Virus record (IMG/VR): IMGVR_UViG_3300005805_000183
Coordinates: 1 to 40,358 of that record
From: a virus
Lineage: Duplodnaviria > Caudoviricetes
DNA: 40,358 nucleotides
Direction: 5' to 3' (one strand)
The stretch's first letter is position 1; every line of letters starts with the position of its first letter. Under the pieces are notes generated by a model. The model did not search any database and was not told the origin of the DNA. It saw nothing but the letters and a program-made list of their open reading frames with translations. The translations under genes and the position numbers were made by a program. Shown here in pieces: positions 1 through 9,603 of the stretch.

Positions 1-896
1 ACAACGTCAATGGCTTCATGGGTCTTCATGCCCGGCATAATTGCGTCCATGTGCCAGCCCTTGCGGCTGCTGCGCATCCAGGTAAAGTCGCTCTTGATCG
101 TGCTCTGGATCTGCTGACGGATCAGCTCACGCCAGTTCATGCGGGGCTCGGTCAGATCCTGGATCATGCGTTTGACGCCTGCCGGAAGATCCCCGGCACT
201 GCATGTCTGTGCTGCGCTGAGCACGGCTTCCTTGAACTCGTCACGAATCTGCTGTTTTTCTTCTTCGGTCAGCTGGGGGCGACCATTGCTTTTCTTATCA
301 CCGTTTTCGTTGTCTTGATCGTCGCCTTCACCATCCAGGTGATCGTCCAGCAGCAGGTCGATCAGCTGACTCATGTCAAGCTTTTTCACGTTCTTCATGA
401 GGTCGTTGTAGACTTCCTCAGAGCTCATGTCATGATACTTGGCGTCGTAAAGGCAAGGCACTGACGTAATGAACTCGCCAACCTTGTGCTTCTTGAGGTC
501 ACCGTTTACACAAAAGTCATTGGCAATGTTCCAGATCTGGGGATCACGCTCGCCTCGACGACCAAAGTGATCATAAACACAGTGCAGAACCTCGTGGCCA
601 AACAGAAATTCAATTTCACGAAGACGCAGTAACTTGATGAAGCGAGAGTTGTAATAGAAGTGACGTCCGTCTGTGGCAGCAGTAGAGCACCACTCGTCGG
701 CGTTGACCAGTGTCAACCGAGTAGCAAGGTTGCCAAAGAAGCTGGCCTTGAGTAGCATACCAACACGGGCAGTAACCAGTAGTTCGCGCACTTCACGGTC
801 CACCTTGGGATCTGTGGGTCCAATCAGATTAGCGAAACGTTTGGCATCGTCCTTGTTTTGGGTTCCAACGCTGGCATTGATTGCAGTTTGACTCAT
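1..896 (-). CDS. DUF2201-type metallopeptidase/VWA-associated protein, partial (runs off window)
   Basis: Read manually from ATG 896 (GAGGAG SD): MSQTAINAS...FFGNLATRL...TAATDGRHFYYN...FGHEVLHCVYDHFGRRG...WNIAND. HExxH motif; lies near a MoxR ATPase. Confidence 0.8.
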   Translation of the reverse strand, partial: MSQTAINASVGTQNKDDAKRFANLIGPTDPKVDREVRELLVTARVGMLLKASFFGNLATRLTLVNADEWCSTAATDGRHFYYNSRFIKLLRLREIEFLFGHEVLHCVYDHFGRRGERDPQIWNIANDFCVNGDLKKHKVGEFITSVPCLYDAKYHDMSSEEVYNDLMKNVKKLDMSQLIDLLLDDHLDGEGDDQDNENGDKKSNGRPQLTEEEKQQIRDEFKEAVLSAAQTCSAGDLPAGVKRMIQDLTEPRMNWRELIRQQIQSTIKSDFTWMRSSRKGWHMDAIMPGMKTHEAIDV

Positions 897-920
897 GCTT
901 GCTCCTCACAGTATTTCAAC

Positions 921-949
921 ATTATACGATAATGACTATTTTTGGTCAA
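921..949 (-). promoter_or_regulatory. sigma70-type promoter
   Basis: TTGACC-17 nt-TATAAT upstream of the gene starting at 896. Confidence 0.75.
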
Positions 950-1319
950 CCGGGTGGGCCAGCTGGAACCAGGCAAGTTCTTTGTCGCTTGTGATATAGA
1001 TACGCAGATCGTCAAATCCGTTGCTCCAACTCCAATGCAAATTGCATTCGGGCGGTGGCTCTATAACAGCCTTGGTGTGCCCCGGTCCTAGTCTCAAGGG
1101 CCCGGCACCTAAAGATTGATTCATGGAATACCATCGCAGGATCTCGTAATACTGACGGATTTCGGCACTCCAGCCCCAGTTGCTGGTGCACCACTGCAAA
1201 GTATAGTTGAACCACAAGGGCCCTTGGTTGCGATTCATGGAATTAGTCCATTTCAGCACATAATCAAATCGATCATTGAAGCTGAATCGACCGTCGAGTT
1301 TTAGTACAGTGTATTTCAT
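936..1319 (-). CDS. hypothetical phage protein
   Basis: 127-aa ORF with ATGA overlap to the upstream ORF. Confidence 0.65.
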   Translation of the reverse strand: MKYTVLKLDGRFSFNDRFDYVLKWTNSMNRNQGPLWFNYTLQWCTSNWGWSAEIRQYYEILRWYSMNQSLGAGPLRLGPGHTKAVIEPPPECNLHWSWSNGFDDLRIYITSDKELAWFQLAHPVDQK

Positions 1320-1537
1320 TCAAGGTATTTAAGGGCGAAGATCAAGGCGTCGTGCGGATCGCGAAAGAAAAAATCTATGGTATAGCGATTGTGATCGCCG
1401 CTTCCACAGAAATACCAACGCCGCTTGTCTATGTCAAACTCCCGGCGAACCTGGGTCAGGCACTTTTTGACCTCGGCATGGTTGTATGGGTCCCAAGTTC
1501 GTCTCACACGGGTAAACGGTGGGGTCGGATCTAACAT
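1316..1537 (-). CDS. small hypothetical phage protein
   Basis: Likely start MLDPTPPF at 1537, which avoids overlap with the ATPase; C-terminus FFFRDPHDALIFALKY. Confidence 0.6.
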   Translation of the reverse strand: MLDPTPPFTRVRRTWDPYNHAEVKKCLTQVRREFDIDKRRWYFCGSGDHNRYTIDFFFRDPHDALIFALKYLE

Positions 1538-1580
1538 AGCCCTATGTCTGCTGGCGCGTGAGATCCGACCCTGTAACCAG

Positions 1581-2666
1581 TTACGAGTTGGCCTGCAGGA
1601 TGTACTTGCCGTACTTGTTATGGAACTCGTCAAAGTTCTTCATCTTGGTAGGCATGAAGGGCAGTTTGTACGTGGTCAGTGCGATACGTGCACCCATCAC
1701 AACCAGCTCAGTCTCAAAATTCTTCATCATGTAGCCAAAGAAGTTATCAGCCATGGCGTGAAACTCTTTGCCGTCAACTTTGCGATCCACAGCGGACTTG
1801 AGTTCGTAACACATGGAGATCACCAGGCTGTACATGGCCGACACTTCCTTGACCTTGAGCTCTTTCTCCACACCCGACAGGATGTCTTCGGGGCGGGGCA
1901 GTTTACCTGCAATCTTGCGATGCGCCATGAACTTCACTGCCAGGCCTTCTCCCACGGTACCTGCAATCAGGTCAGTGGCAGTAACATCGTCCATGTCTTC
2001 GTCTTGCAGCAGGTCGCTTACGAAACTCCACGACCGCGGAGTAGCGAATGCACGGCTCGAACTCTTGGCATCGAAGTCATACAGATCCTGCTTGGCGAAC
2101 GTAAGATAGCCCACCACATCCTTGTGGATCTGGTGCTTAACAGCCCACTCTTGCCAGGCTGCGAAGTCCGGGCGCATTTCCACGTGCACAAAGCGGTTCG
2201 CCAACGGTGTGGGCATACGGTAAGTCACGCCCTTGTCGCTCTCGCGGTTGCCCGCTGCAATAATGACCACGTTGTCAGGCAGCACATATTTGCCGATCCT
2301 GCGATTCAGTACCAGCTGATAAGAAGACGCCTGTGTAGACGGTGCAGCCGCGTTCAACTCGTCCATAAACAGCACGATGATGGGATACTGCGCAGCCAAT
2401 TCGGCGTCCGGCAGGTCCATGGGCGGAGCCCAGTCCATCTTGCCGGTGTCCTTGTTGTAGAACGGGATACCACGGATGTCAGTGGGATCCATCTGACCCA
2501 GGCGCAGGTCGATCATGAAGCCGCCCATTTCCTCAGTGATAGCTGCAACCACTTCGCTCTTGCCGATACCAGGAGGCCCCCACAGGAACAACGGACGCTT
2601 CTTGTTGAAGCACTTGCGGATAGCCTTGTGGGCACCAATTGCGGTAACGGTACGATTGTCAGACAT
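1581..2666 (-). CDS. MoxR-like AAA+ ATPase
   Basis: Walker A GPPGIGKS, Walker B LFMDE, AAGN sensor, LANRF arginine finger. Confidence 0.9.
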   Translation of the reverse strand: MSDNRTVTAIGAHKAIRKCFNKKRPLFLWGPPGIGKSEVVAAITEEMGGFMIDLRLGQMDPTDIRGIPFYNKDTGKMDWAPPMDLPDAELAAQYPIIVLFMDELNAAAPSTQASSYQLVLNRRIGKYVLPDNVVIIAAGNRESDKGVTYRMPTPLANRFVHVEMRPDFAAWQEWAVKHQIHKDVVGYLTFAKQDLYDFDAKSSSRAFATPRSWSFVSDLLQDEDMDDVTATDLIAGTVGEGLAVKFMAHRKIAGKLPRPEDILSGVEKELKVKEVSAMYSLVISMCYELKSAVDRKVDGKEFHAMADNFFGYMMKNFETELVVMGARIALTTYKLPFMPTKMKNFDEFHNKYGKYILQANS

Positions 2667-2701
2667 TGTATTCCCTCTTGGTTGTATAACGATACAGAGC
2701 T

Positions 2702-2730
2702 ATTGTATGAATTCGTGATTTAGTGGTCAA
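2702..2730 (-). promoter_or_regulatory. sigma70-type promoter
   Basis: TTGACC-17-TACAAT upstream of the ATPase. Confidence 0.7.
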
Positions 2731-2911
2731 CCACGATCTGTTGCACGATTTCTTCAACCGGAAGATCCGGATACTCCCAGGTCTGCGACTGGAGTTCCTG
2801 CCGGAACAGTCCGGCTTCCCCATCACAGAGATCCAGGGCTTCAGCCACGGGTCGCCGGTGCTCTAGATTCAGACTCGAAACCACCTTGGACAGATGCTGG
2901 CAAAACCGCAT
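2720..2911 (-). CDS. small hypothetical protein
   Basis: ORF from MRFCQ with a GGAG SD; packs between neighbours. Confidence 0.45.
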   Translation of the reverse strand: MRFCQHLSKVVSSLNLEHRRPVAEALDLCDGEAGLFRQELQSQTWEYPDLPVEEIVQQIVVDH

Positions 2912-2912
2912 G

Positions 2913-3359
2913 TTAGACTCCTTGTTGTGCAAAGCTGATGGCGTCGAGGTCTGCAGACCACTCGGCGTATTCGTGCGCTTCAATCATGCTGCGCAGGGGT
3001 TCGTCCCGGAAGTAACCGTAGGGCAGACCGTTCTGATAGCAGAAGTATTCCCAGTCGCCGCCGGCGCTGCTGCCGTCCATGAGCCAACGGAGCGCAGTTT
3101 CACGGTTCTGGGCACCGGACCGGACACAGTTGTCCACGGACGCTTCAAACTGGGCGACGGCGCGAGCCTGCTGCTCGCGCTCGCGGGCGAACTCGGCTTC
3201 AAGCGCCGCTTCTAGACTGGCAAGGTCCTGGCGAGCCTGCTCAACTGACTCTGCGTGATACCACCGGGCCTTGACCCCATAGACGTCTTTGTGCATCTCG
3301 CAGTAGAAGGACTCAAGCTCTTGCAGTTCCGACATCTGGTCAACAGTGTTCATGCCCAC
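2913..3359 (-). CDS. hypothetical phage protein
   Basis: 148-aa ORF downstream of a sigma70 promoter; contains EMHKDVYGVKAR. Confidence 0.7.
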   Translation of the reverse strand: MGMNTVDQMSELQELESFYCEMHKDVYGVKARWYHAESVEQARQDLASLEAALEAEFAREREQQARAVAQFEASVDNCVRSGAQNRETALRWLMDGSSAGGDWEYFCYQNGLPYGYFRDEPLRSMIEAHEYAEWSADLDAISFAQQGV

Positions 3360-3383
3360 CTCCCAAACGTTTACTATACCGCT

Positions 3384-3412
3384 ATTGTACAGAAATGGCC
3401 ATTTTTGGTCAA
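3384..3412 (-). promoter_or_regulatory. sigma70-type promoter
   Basis: TTGACC-17-TACAAT. Confidence 0.7.
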
Positions 3413-3473
3413 CCTAGATCTAGGCGCTGTAAGTCATTGATTTTGCATGAGTTTTTGCCCTGTGCTAGCGGGC

Positions 3474-3500
3474 AAAAAGGTAGGGACCGAAGTCCCTACC
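3474..3500 (-). terminator. intrinsic terminator after tmRNA
   Basis: GGTAGGGAC-TTCG-GTCCCTACC followed by TTTTT. Confidence 0.85.
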
Positions 3501-3835
3501 ACTATTTTTGGTTGCAAGGCATAGCTGCCCCGTGATAGCCTTTTTAGGCGGCCATCAGATAAACGTCGTCGTTGGCGTTTATGGTTTTGCTAGATTTAGG
3601 GTCTTCGCCTACCCTGCTGTCCATTCGGTTACTTGTCGCCCTGTCGAAACCTGGTCGGGCCCATCAAGGAGTGTACTATCCCGGCTCCGCGCAGCGAGCG
3701 CATCAACACACAGGTTCCGCCCTCATCGTCTGTTCAGGCTTCAGGTTAGACCATAATACACTTTTTGGTGGACCCGGAGGGAATCGAACCCTCGTCCAGA
3801 ACACCTTTCACTTCACTTCATACAGCAATAAACTG
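3501..3835 (-). ncRNA. ssrA: circularly permuted (two-piece) tmRNA
   Basis: Acceptor piece with T-arm and CGGGTCC-A-CCA (ends 3766) precedes the 5' piece GGGCCCGACCAGGTTTCGAC (starts 3662). G3:U70 Ala identity. Tag frame 3576-3544 = ANDDVYLMAA*. Outer ends approximate. Confidence 0.9.
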
Positions 3836-4079
3836 CATCGCAACCGCCGGGGCGTGTGAGTCCTGCGACTAGACCATGCGTCTTTCACGGCAACAACCTT
3901 CAGGCAGATAGAACCAGAGCCACCTGGGGTTTACCCCCGCACAGCATAATGTATTTACCGGTTACCGGATCCGGTACAGTCTTCTGGTAACTGTGGCTCG
4001 TACACTCTGAGAGACTCTGAGAGTCATATCACCCACCCCGTTTGGCATGCACACGGCAGAGACCTAGGTCGGTAGTCAC

Positions 4080-4652
4080 CTAATCCACTTGCGGTCCGTT
4101 TCCATCACGAAATCCCACTACACCGCCCTGAGCTCGGATGCGATCCTGTACTTCTTCCATGCTGATGGGAGTGTAGTCGATCTGCTCCACACATACTGCA
4201 ATGTAGCGCGGATCAATTTCGTGCGATCCCGGCTTCAACACTCGCTTGTCGTGCAAGTGACCATGAATGTTGGTACCAAAGCGGTAGAGAGTCGAATCGT
4301 GCACCGGAATATGGCTCAGGATCATGCCAGCCAGCACATGATAGCCGCGAATGTCTCGGAAATGTTTTGAGTAATCAGACATCCGAAAAATGTCATGGTT
4401 GCCCTTGATCAGGACCTTGTCCCCGTTGAGCCTGGACAGTGTGTTCAGGGCACGACGGTTGATCACAACATCGCCCAGATGATATACCTTGTCTGTGGGC
4501 CGGACACGGCTGTTCCAGCGTTCGATCATGGCTTCGTCCATGTCATGTACATCTGTCCAGGGCCGAAGTGGAGTTACCCCATCGGCCCTTTTGAAATTGC
4601 AGATATTGGCATGGCCAAAATGAGTGTCACTGATCATGAATACTGTTTTCAT
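4080..4652 (-). CDS. calcineurin-like metallophosphoesterase
   Basis: DTHFGH, LGD, GNHD and HGHLH motifs. Confidence 0.9.
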   Translation of the reverse strand: MKTVFMISDTHFGHANICNFKRADGVTPLRPWTDVHDMDEAMIERWNSRVRPTDKVYHLGDVVINRRALNTLSRLNGDKVLIKGNHDIFRMSDYSKHFRDIRGYHVLAGMILSHIPVHDSTLYRFGTNIHGHLHDKRVLKPGSHEIDPRYIAVCVEQIDYTPISMEEVQDRIRAQGGVVGFRDGNGPQVD

Positions 4653-4803
4653 TTTGCTAGTGTAGCACTCATGCTATTTTAGGTCAACCAGGGCGGACAA
4701 CAGACCATGACTGATCAAGCTCTGTTTGCATCTCAATCAGTGTGCGAGCATCGAGCTGACGATTGTTCGGTTCGGGATGCATGGTTTTCAATAAATACAC
4801 ATT

Positions 4804-5565
4804 ATGAACGTTCTAATTTCAGGATGCAGTTTTACTCATTGGCCCGAAGAACCCGGAAGCGAAAACAATATTTGTTGGCCCAGGCATTTACAACAACTCA
4901 GGCCTGATTTTAACATCAAGAATTTGGCCGAACCAGGTGCTGGTAACTATTGTATTGCCAATGGTGTGATCAGATACCTGTTGGAAAATCCCAATTTTGA
5001 CATGGTCTTGATCATGTGGTCCGGGGTCAGCAGGGTAGATTTTCTAACAGATTTAACCAATCCCTCCTGGCGCCGAATTTTTGATAATTTTGGATTTTAT
5101 CGTCGAGTAGAAAGTTGCCCTAACCAGCTGGGTTACATTTTCAGCGGTGGGTTCTATGGGCCTTGGACACTTAATCCCGACATGCAACAACTGTTCAAGG
5201 GGTTGTATATGGTCAGCAACGATCTCAGTCTGGCTCATACCAATTTGATAGAAATCATCAAATGCCAAGAATTCCTACGTGCTAGAAATATACCTTACAA
5301 GTTTATGAGTTACGTAAACTACTGGCATCATGGAGATTACTGTAGCCCCAATGGTGATTTTGGAGTGTTGAAGTTTCCAGAACTGAACCCATTACTCGAT
5401 AGCATTGATTGGTCACAGTGGATTTTTAGAAATGAAAATCGAGATGGTATCTATGAGATGGCCAAGGAAACGTCGGACTACCACGGAGACCAGTTTCATC
5501 CCGGAGTCAACACACATGCGGATTGGGCTAACCTTATGTTGCCGTATCTGCCAGCACCCGGTTGA
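4804..5565 (+). CDS. hypothetical protein, SGNH-hydrolase-like
   Basis: N-terminal GCSFT, GAGN, C-terminal DQFHP. Confidence 0.65.
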   Translation: MNVLISGCSFTHWPEEPGSENNICWPRHLQQLRPDFNIKNLAEPGAGNYCIANGVIRYLLENPNFDMVLIMWSGVSRVDFLTDLTNPSWRRIFDNFGFYRRVESCPNQLGYIFSGGFYGPWTLNPDMQQLFKGLYMVSNDLSLAHTNLIEIIKCQEFLRARNIPYKFMSYVNYWHHGDYCSPNGDFGVLKFPELNPLLDSIDWSQWIFRNENRDGIYEMAKETSDYHGDQFHPGVNTHADWANLMLPYLPAPG

Positions 5566-6637
5566 GCTTTTGTTGTATGTTGGTGCTCGCAAAAGTAGTC
5601 CAGTCAGTGGTCATGATCAGATTGTGATTGTGTTCCAGTACCGGGTGTATCTTGTCAAGGATTTGTTGTTGCGGTACCGAGCACAAATATCTTACCTGTT
5701 CAAAGGCTGCGGTGTATCTGTCTGTGTCATCCTTTATCAGATCATAGCTTTCATCGATCACCGAATCAAAGGTTTGAAATCCCAACCGTTTGAGATTGTG
5801 TAAAAATTTATATCCTGAAAAAGCCACAAACAGTCTGCGAGCAATCATGACCTTGGCAGTTTTTTCGCTAAAAAAACTCAAGGTATTGTCATGATCGGTT
5901 TCTGCCACGATGCTGTAGGCAGTGTCATTGTACACCTGTTGCGGAATAACCTGGCTGAGATGACACCGTTGACCATGATAGCTGACCCAATCAGCGGTGC
6001 CTATGATTTTACTTACTGGGTCGCAACCCGGCTCCCATAAGAAATAATCTTTGGCATAAAAGTCATCATCTTTCCATGTGCCACCATAGGTCAGAATAAA
6101 TTGGTCTTGCAGACTGTGTTTCTGCACTGCGTCGGCCACAAAAGTTCGGTGTGGTTTGGGACTGCCCAACAACGCATCAAACATTCGTGGCTTGACCAGA
6201 TAGGGTTTTAGATTATCTAACGCATCGGGTAAATTTTTATACAGTTGTACCGTGGTCTTGAACCAGTCTCCCCAGAAGATCAAGTGTGGATCCATGTCAT
6301 CACGGTCATTTACAAATCCCGGCTGACACCAATAGACGTTGGGTCTATGACACCGGTTCCAAAGTCTCCAGTGAAAGTTATGTAGTTCACCTTCAAAACT
6401 GAACACTGCCAGGCTGTGTTCGCTGAGTTTGATTATCTTGTCTTCAAAACTCTCATACCCACCTGACTCAGCACTGGGGTCGGTGTACAATCGGTGTGTG
6501 GTAAACGCGATCTTGTGATCAGCCGGTGTTTCGCAATAGTCCACGAATCCGCGTACAATTTTGTATGTTTGAGGGAAACAAAATTTTGGTAACCACTCTA
6601 AATCTATGATTTGACTGTCTGAGTATATTAAAACCAT
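5534..6637 (-). CDS. hypothetical protein, possible glycosyltransferase-like fold
   Basis: 367-aa ORF; C-terminal SIVAET...FFSEKTAK...GFQTF pattern; function is inference. Confidence 0.6.
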   Translation of the reverse strand: MVLIYSDSQIIDLEWLPKFCFPQTYKIVRGFVDYCETPADHKIAFTTHRLYTDPSAESGGYESFEDKIIKLSEHSLAVFSFEGELHNFHWRLWNRCHRPNVYWCQPGFVNDRDDMDPHLIFWGDWFKTTVQLYKNLPDALDNLKPYLVKPRMFDALLGSPKPHRTFVADAVQKHSLQDQFILTYGGTWKDDDFYAKDYFLWEPGCDPVSKIIGTADWVSYHGQRCHLSQVIPQQVYNDTAYSIVAETDHDNTLSFFSEKTAKVMIARRLFVAFSGYKFLHNLKRLGFQTFDSVIDESYDLIKDDTDRYTAAFEQVRYLCSVPQQQILDKIHPVLEHNHNLIMTTDWTTFASTNIQQKLNRVLADTAT

Positions 6638-6681
6638 ATGCTGTACTTATCCAACTTGGAATCGCCCAACGGCATGTCATG

Positions 6682-7071
6682 CTAGATCAAATCAACTGGG
6701 TCCTGTATCACATCAAACAGTGTGGGCAGCAGACCACGACTGATCAAGATCTGTTCACGTTCGCGATCACTGAGACTGCACCACTCGTTCATGCGAGCTT
6801 GATCGCCATAACAGATTCGGGGTAGAGAGTGATAAACCCAGCGAGCCACAAAAGTCAGGTTCTTGGCATTTTCAAAATCGCACACCAAGGCAGCACGATA
6901 GAGATCGTTGGTTAGAACCGCAGTCAAGAATCCGCCAGGCTCCCAGCCATGCAGCAGATAGTTGAACATGGCTGATTTGCAATTGTCAGTTAGATAGCCC
7001 CAGGTTTCATTATGCTCGCGTGTCATGACACGATTAAAATACCCGCGGTATACTTTATCATTGTTCATCAT
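6682..7071 (-). CDS. hypothetical phage protein
   Basis: 129-aa ORF containing PGGFLTAVLTNDL. Confidence 0.7.
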   Translation of the reverse strand: MMNNDKVYRGYFNRVMTREHNETWGYLTDNCKSAMFNYLLHGWEPGGFLTAVLTNDLYRAALVCDFENAKNLTFVARWVYHSLPRICYGDQARMNEWCSLSDREREQILISRGLLPTLFDVIQDPVDLI

Positions 7072-7507
7072 AGCACCAGCCCAAGGCCTGCATCATCATT
7101 TTTTTAACCCGTACATTGGAAATACGCAAGCGATCCACAGCCCGGAACCCCATCATGGTACCCACTTCTACCACGGCTCCTGAGCGACATACCCCGGCCA
7201 TGCAGTGTACCACCACGTTCATGTGATTGTCTAATGCATGCTTCAGCAGATCCACAACGGCCTGAGCCTGCGCAGGTTGGATCTTTTGGTCTTCAGGAAA
7301 CCCATCAGTGTCGTCGGCATCTAGGAATTCAAATTGGTGCACTTCGCGAAACTGATGCCGGGGCCGAGGCCACCAGGTGTCATCAGGACCGCGGATCTGG
7401 ATCAGCATGCTGTTCTCGCCACAGTCGTGATGCCAGCCTTGAGGCACATCAGCTGCGGCCACGTTCTCGATCCAGGGTGCTAGATTGTTCACAGATGTTT
7501 CGTTCAT
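7058..7507 (-). CDS. dual-specificity/protein-tyrosine phosphatase
   Basis: HCMAGVCRS matches the HCxxGxxR active site. Confidence 0.85.
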   Translation of the reverse strand: MNETSVNNLAPWIENVAAADVPQGWHHDCGENSMLIQIRGPDDTWWPRPRHQFREVHQFEFLDADDTDGFPEDQKIQPAQAQAVVDLLKHALDNHMNVVVHCMAGVCRSGAVVEVGTMMGFRAVDRLRISNVRVKKMMMQALGWCYDEQ

Positions 7508-7558
7508 TTCAGGATCCCTTTACACAAAGTACCTGTTCAACAGTTGTACTCAACCCTG

Positions 7559-8275
7559 TCAGTCTGATTCTTCATCATCGATACAGAGTGGTTCATACAC
7601 AGTCTCACCGTTGAGCAGCATCCACTGGATCTCGCTTGACTTGCCACGGGTATCATATCCGTCTGACCCTTCCAGCGATTCGCCATTATAGTCCACACCA
7701 GACACGATGTACCAGTCCTCACACTGCTCAAAATAGATGGTCAAGCAGCTGGGATCAAAGGGTGCTGTCAGCACAAATTCTGCTTCAAAAAAACAGCCTT
7801 TTTCACCATTTTGACCTATCATTACCACTTGATCTTTGTCACCACCAATCATGCCAATGATGTCATCGCCAAAGCTCTGTTCCACTCGGACTTTGGCATC
7901 AGTCAGTGATTCATGGTCTAGACATTGTGACCAAATTTCGTCACCCTGGGCGTCATGGACCTGGATCATGCTTTCGCTACTCAAGTTAGCGCCCGATGAA
8001 TGAAAAATATCGTCGCAATCGTAAGGACACCCGGGGTCAAATGGTCTTAGATGCTCGGGCACACGGTCTTCCCACTTATCACTCCACCGCCAGGCATATT
8101 CTTCTAGGCTGTAGCGATTGTCTCGGAAAAAGTCATAGACTTGGCGTTCTACCTTGCCAGCCCAGACTTCTGCACCCCAGCCTACTAGGCTCAGCTGTAC
8201 TTTTTGCGGGGTGAACTTGAGTACTTCTAGCAGATGCTCTTGTTCAGTTTGGTTAGAATCTTTAATCATGATCAT
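7559..8275 (-). CDS. acidic hypothetical protein
   Basis: 238-aa ORF in operon orientation. Confidence 0.7.
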   Translation of the reverse strand: MIMIKDSNQTEQEHLLEVLKFTPQKVQLSLVGWGAEVWAGKVERQVYDFFRDNRYSLEEYAWRWSDKWEDRVPEHLRPFDPGCPYDCDDIFHSSGANLSSESMIQVHDAQGDEIWSQCLDHESLTDAKVRVEQSFGDDIIGMIGGDKDQVVMIGQNGEKGCFFEAEFVLTAPFDPSCLTIYFEQCEDWYIVSGVDYNGESLEGSDGYDTRGKSSEIQWMLLNGETVYEPLCIDDEESD

Positions 8276-8349
8276 GCAGCATGATCTATCATGTCCAAGA
8301 GAGCACAGGTATAGGTCCGGATCTTGCAGGGGTCGATCTCTACGAACAT
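8272..8349 (-). CDS. 25-aa small ORF
   Basis: AAGGAG SD, MFVEIDPCKIRTYTCALLDMIDHAA*, TGA overlapping the next ATG. Confidence 0.45.
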   Translation of the reverse strand: MFVEIDPCKIRTYTCALLDMIDHAA

Positions 8350-8376
8350 CGTGGTCTCCTTTTAGTCAATGTCCGT

Positions 8377-8405
8377 ATTATAGGTTGTTGACCGTTTCTG
8401 GTCAA
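8377..8405 (-). promoter_or_regulatory. sigma70-type promoter
   Basis: TTGACC-17-TATAAT. Confidence 0.75.
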
Positions 8406-8468
8406 CCACGATCTAGACACTGTAAGTCAATGATTTTCAACAAGACTTTTTTAGATATAATTAACACT

Positions 8469-9074
8469 ATGCTTGAACACTTGACAGGATTAAAATGGAT
8501 CGGTGATCTCAGTCTTGAAGACACCGATATACTGGCTCAATATGCAAAATCATCCAAGATGATCTTGGAATTTGGTTGTGGTGGTAGCACACAGGTAATG
8601 GCCCAGTGTGGTGCTCAAAAGATTCTGTCAGTAGACACAGATCCAAAATGGATCATGGCCACATACCAGCGTCTGACACTGATAGATGACCATACTCCAG
8701 TTCAGTTTCTAGAATACACAACAAAATTCAATCAACAGTTTGACTTGATATTTGTTGATGGTGTCAACGAATTACGTAGAGAATTTGCCATCGATACCTG
8801 GCAGTATCTTAGAATCGGGGGTGTAATGATATTCCACGACACCAGGCGATTCCAAGATTTTCAAAATGCTGCTTGGGTTGCACAACTGTATTTTGAAGAG
8901 ATATCTCGCATGGACATCAATTCACTGGCCACCAATGGCAAGAGCAGCAACATGACTGTGCTGCACAAGAAAAACTACGAACCCTACGTCAACTGGAACG
9001 AAACCGAGGACAAGCCTCAATGGAGTTATGGAACGCTAGACAACAACCACGATCTATGGAACTATGGTTCTTGA
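8469..9074 (+). CDS. class I SAM-dependent methyltransferase
   Basis: ILEFGCGGST, FDLIFVDG, GGVMIFHD; start taken at MLEHL. Confidence 0.8.
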   Translation: MLEHLTGLKWIGDLSLEDTDILAQYAKSSKMILEFGCGGSTQVMAQCGAQKILSVDTDPKWIMATYQRLTLIDDHTPVQFLEYTTKFNQQFDLIFVDGVNELRREFAIDTWQYLRIGGVMIFHDTRRFQDFQNAAWVAQLYFEEISRMDINSLATNGKSSNMTVLHKKNYEPYVNWNETEDKPQWSYGTLDNNHDLWNYGS

Positions 9075-9503
9075 CAGTTGATATTCGTAGTTCACAGTGT
9101 CCGGATTGATTCTAAACACACAGGCACCGTTACGAGTGTGAAAGCGATGTGCCATGTCGGTCTTGGGGCTCAAGGTCACAAAGCGCCTGATTTCGGGGTA
9201 GCACCTCTGGATTTCAGCCACGGTGTCAAACAGCACCCGGGCACCAGCGCCAGCAGCATAGCTCCATATGGTATAGAACACCGCTACTGTGGGCGACTCA
9301 GTTCCGCATCCCAGCTGATCCACAGTCTCGGGCACCAAGACCTGTAGGCTAACACACAACATGGCCTGGGGCTGGTCATCCATCAAAACAGCCACAAAAC
9401 GGTTGTTGGCTACTCGGAATTCACGTGGTATCTCAGGCCTCACAGGATCATCTCTCAGGAAGTCTAGGACAGGATCGGTCACATCAGTGATCACACGGAA
9501 CAT
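9054..9503 (-). CDS. hypothetical protein, GNAT-like fold possible
   Basis: DDPVRP, FYTIWSY..GAG, TLSP, RFH..NGA pattern. Confidence 0.65.
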   Translation of the reverse strand: MFRVITDVTDPVLDFLRDDPVRPEIPREFRVANNRFVAVLMDDQPQAMLCVSLQVLVPETVDQLGCGTESPTVAVFYTIWSYAAGAGARVLFDTVAEIQRCYPEIRRFVTLSPKTDMAHRFHTRNGACVFRINPDTVNYEYQLSRTIVP

Positions 9504-9603
9504 ACCATATATATCACTGATACAAAAATATACTCAGATTTGGGTCGGGCAGCGAGAGGCCGGAAGGCAGTGTCCCAGCATCACTGTGAGTCCCGATTGT
9601 TTA

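Noticed and set aside
1425-2723. 432-aa plus-strand ORF, and similar antisense ORFs such as 18-464, 19854-20330 and 38503-39186
   Set aside because: Shadows of clearly homologous minus-strand genes.
4004-4023. 10-bp tandem repeat ACTCTGAGAG x2 and a short minus-strand ORF over it
   Set aside because: Too short, no SD or other support.
8154-8468. N-terminal extension of the methyltransferase ORF
   Set aside because: Overlaps opposite-strand genes and a promoter; homology begins near 8469.
9543-9596. Hammerhead- or SRP-like three-way junction on the plus strand
   Set aside because: CTGTGA and GAGA deviate from the CUGANGA/GAAA core, there is no proper cleavage triplet, and the SRP internal loop is incomplete.
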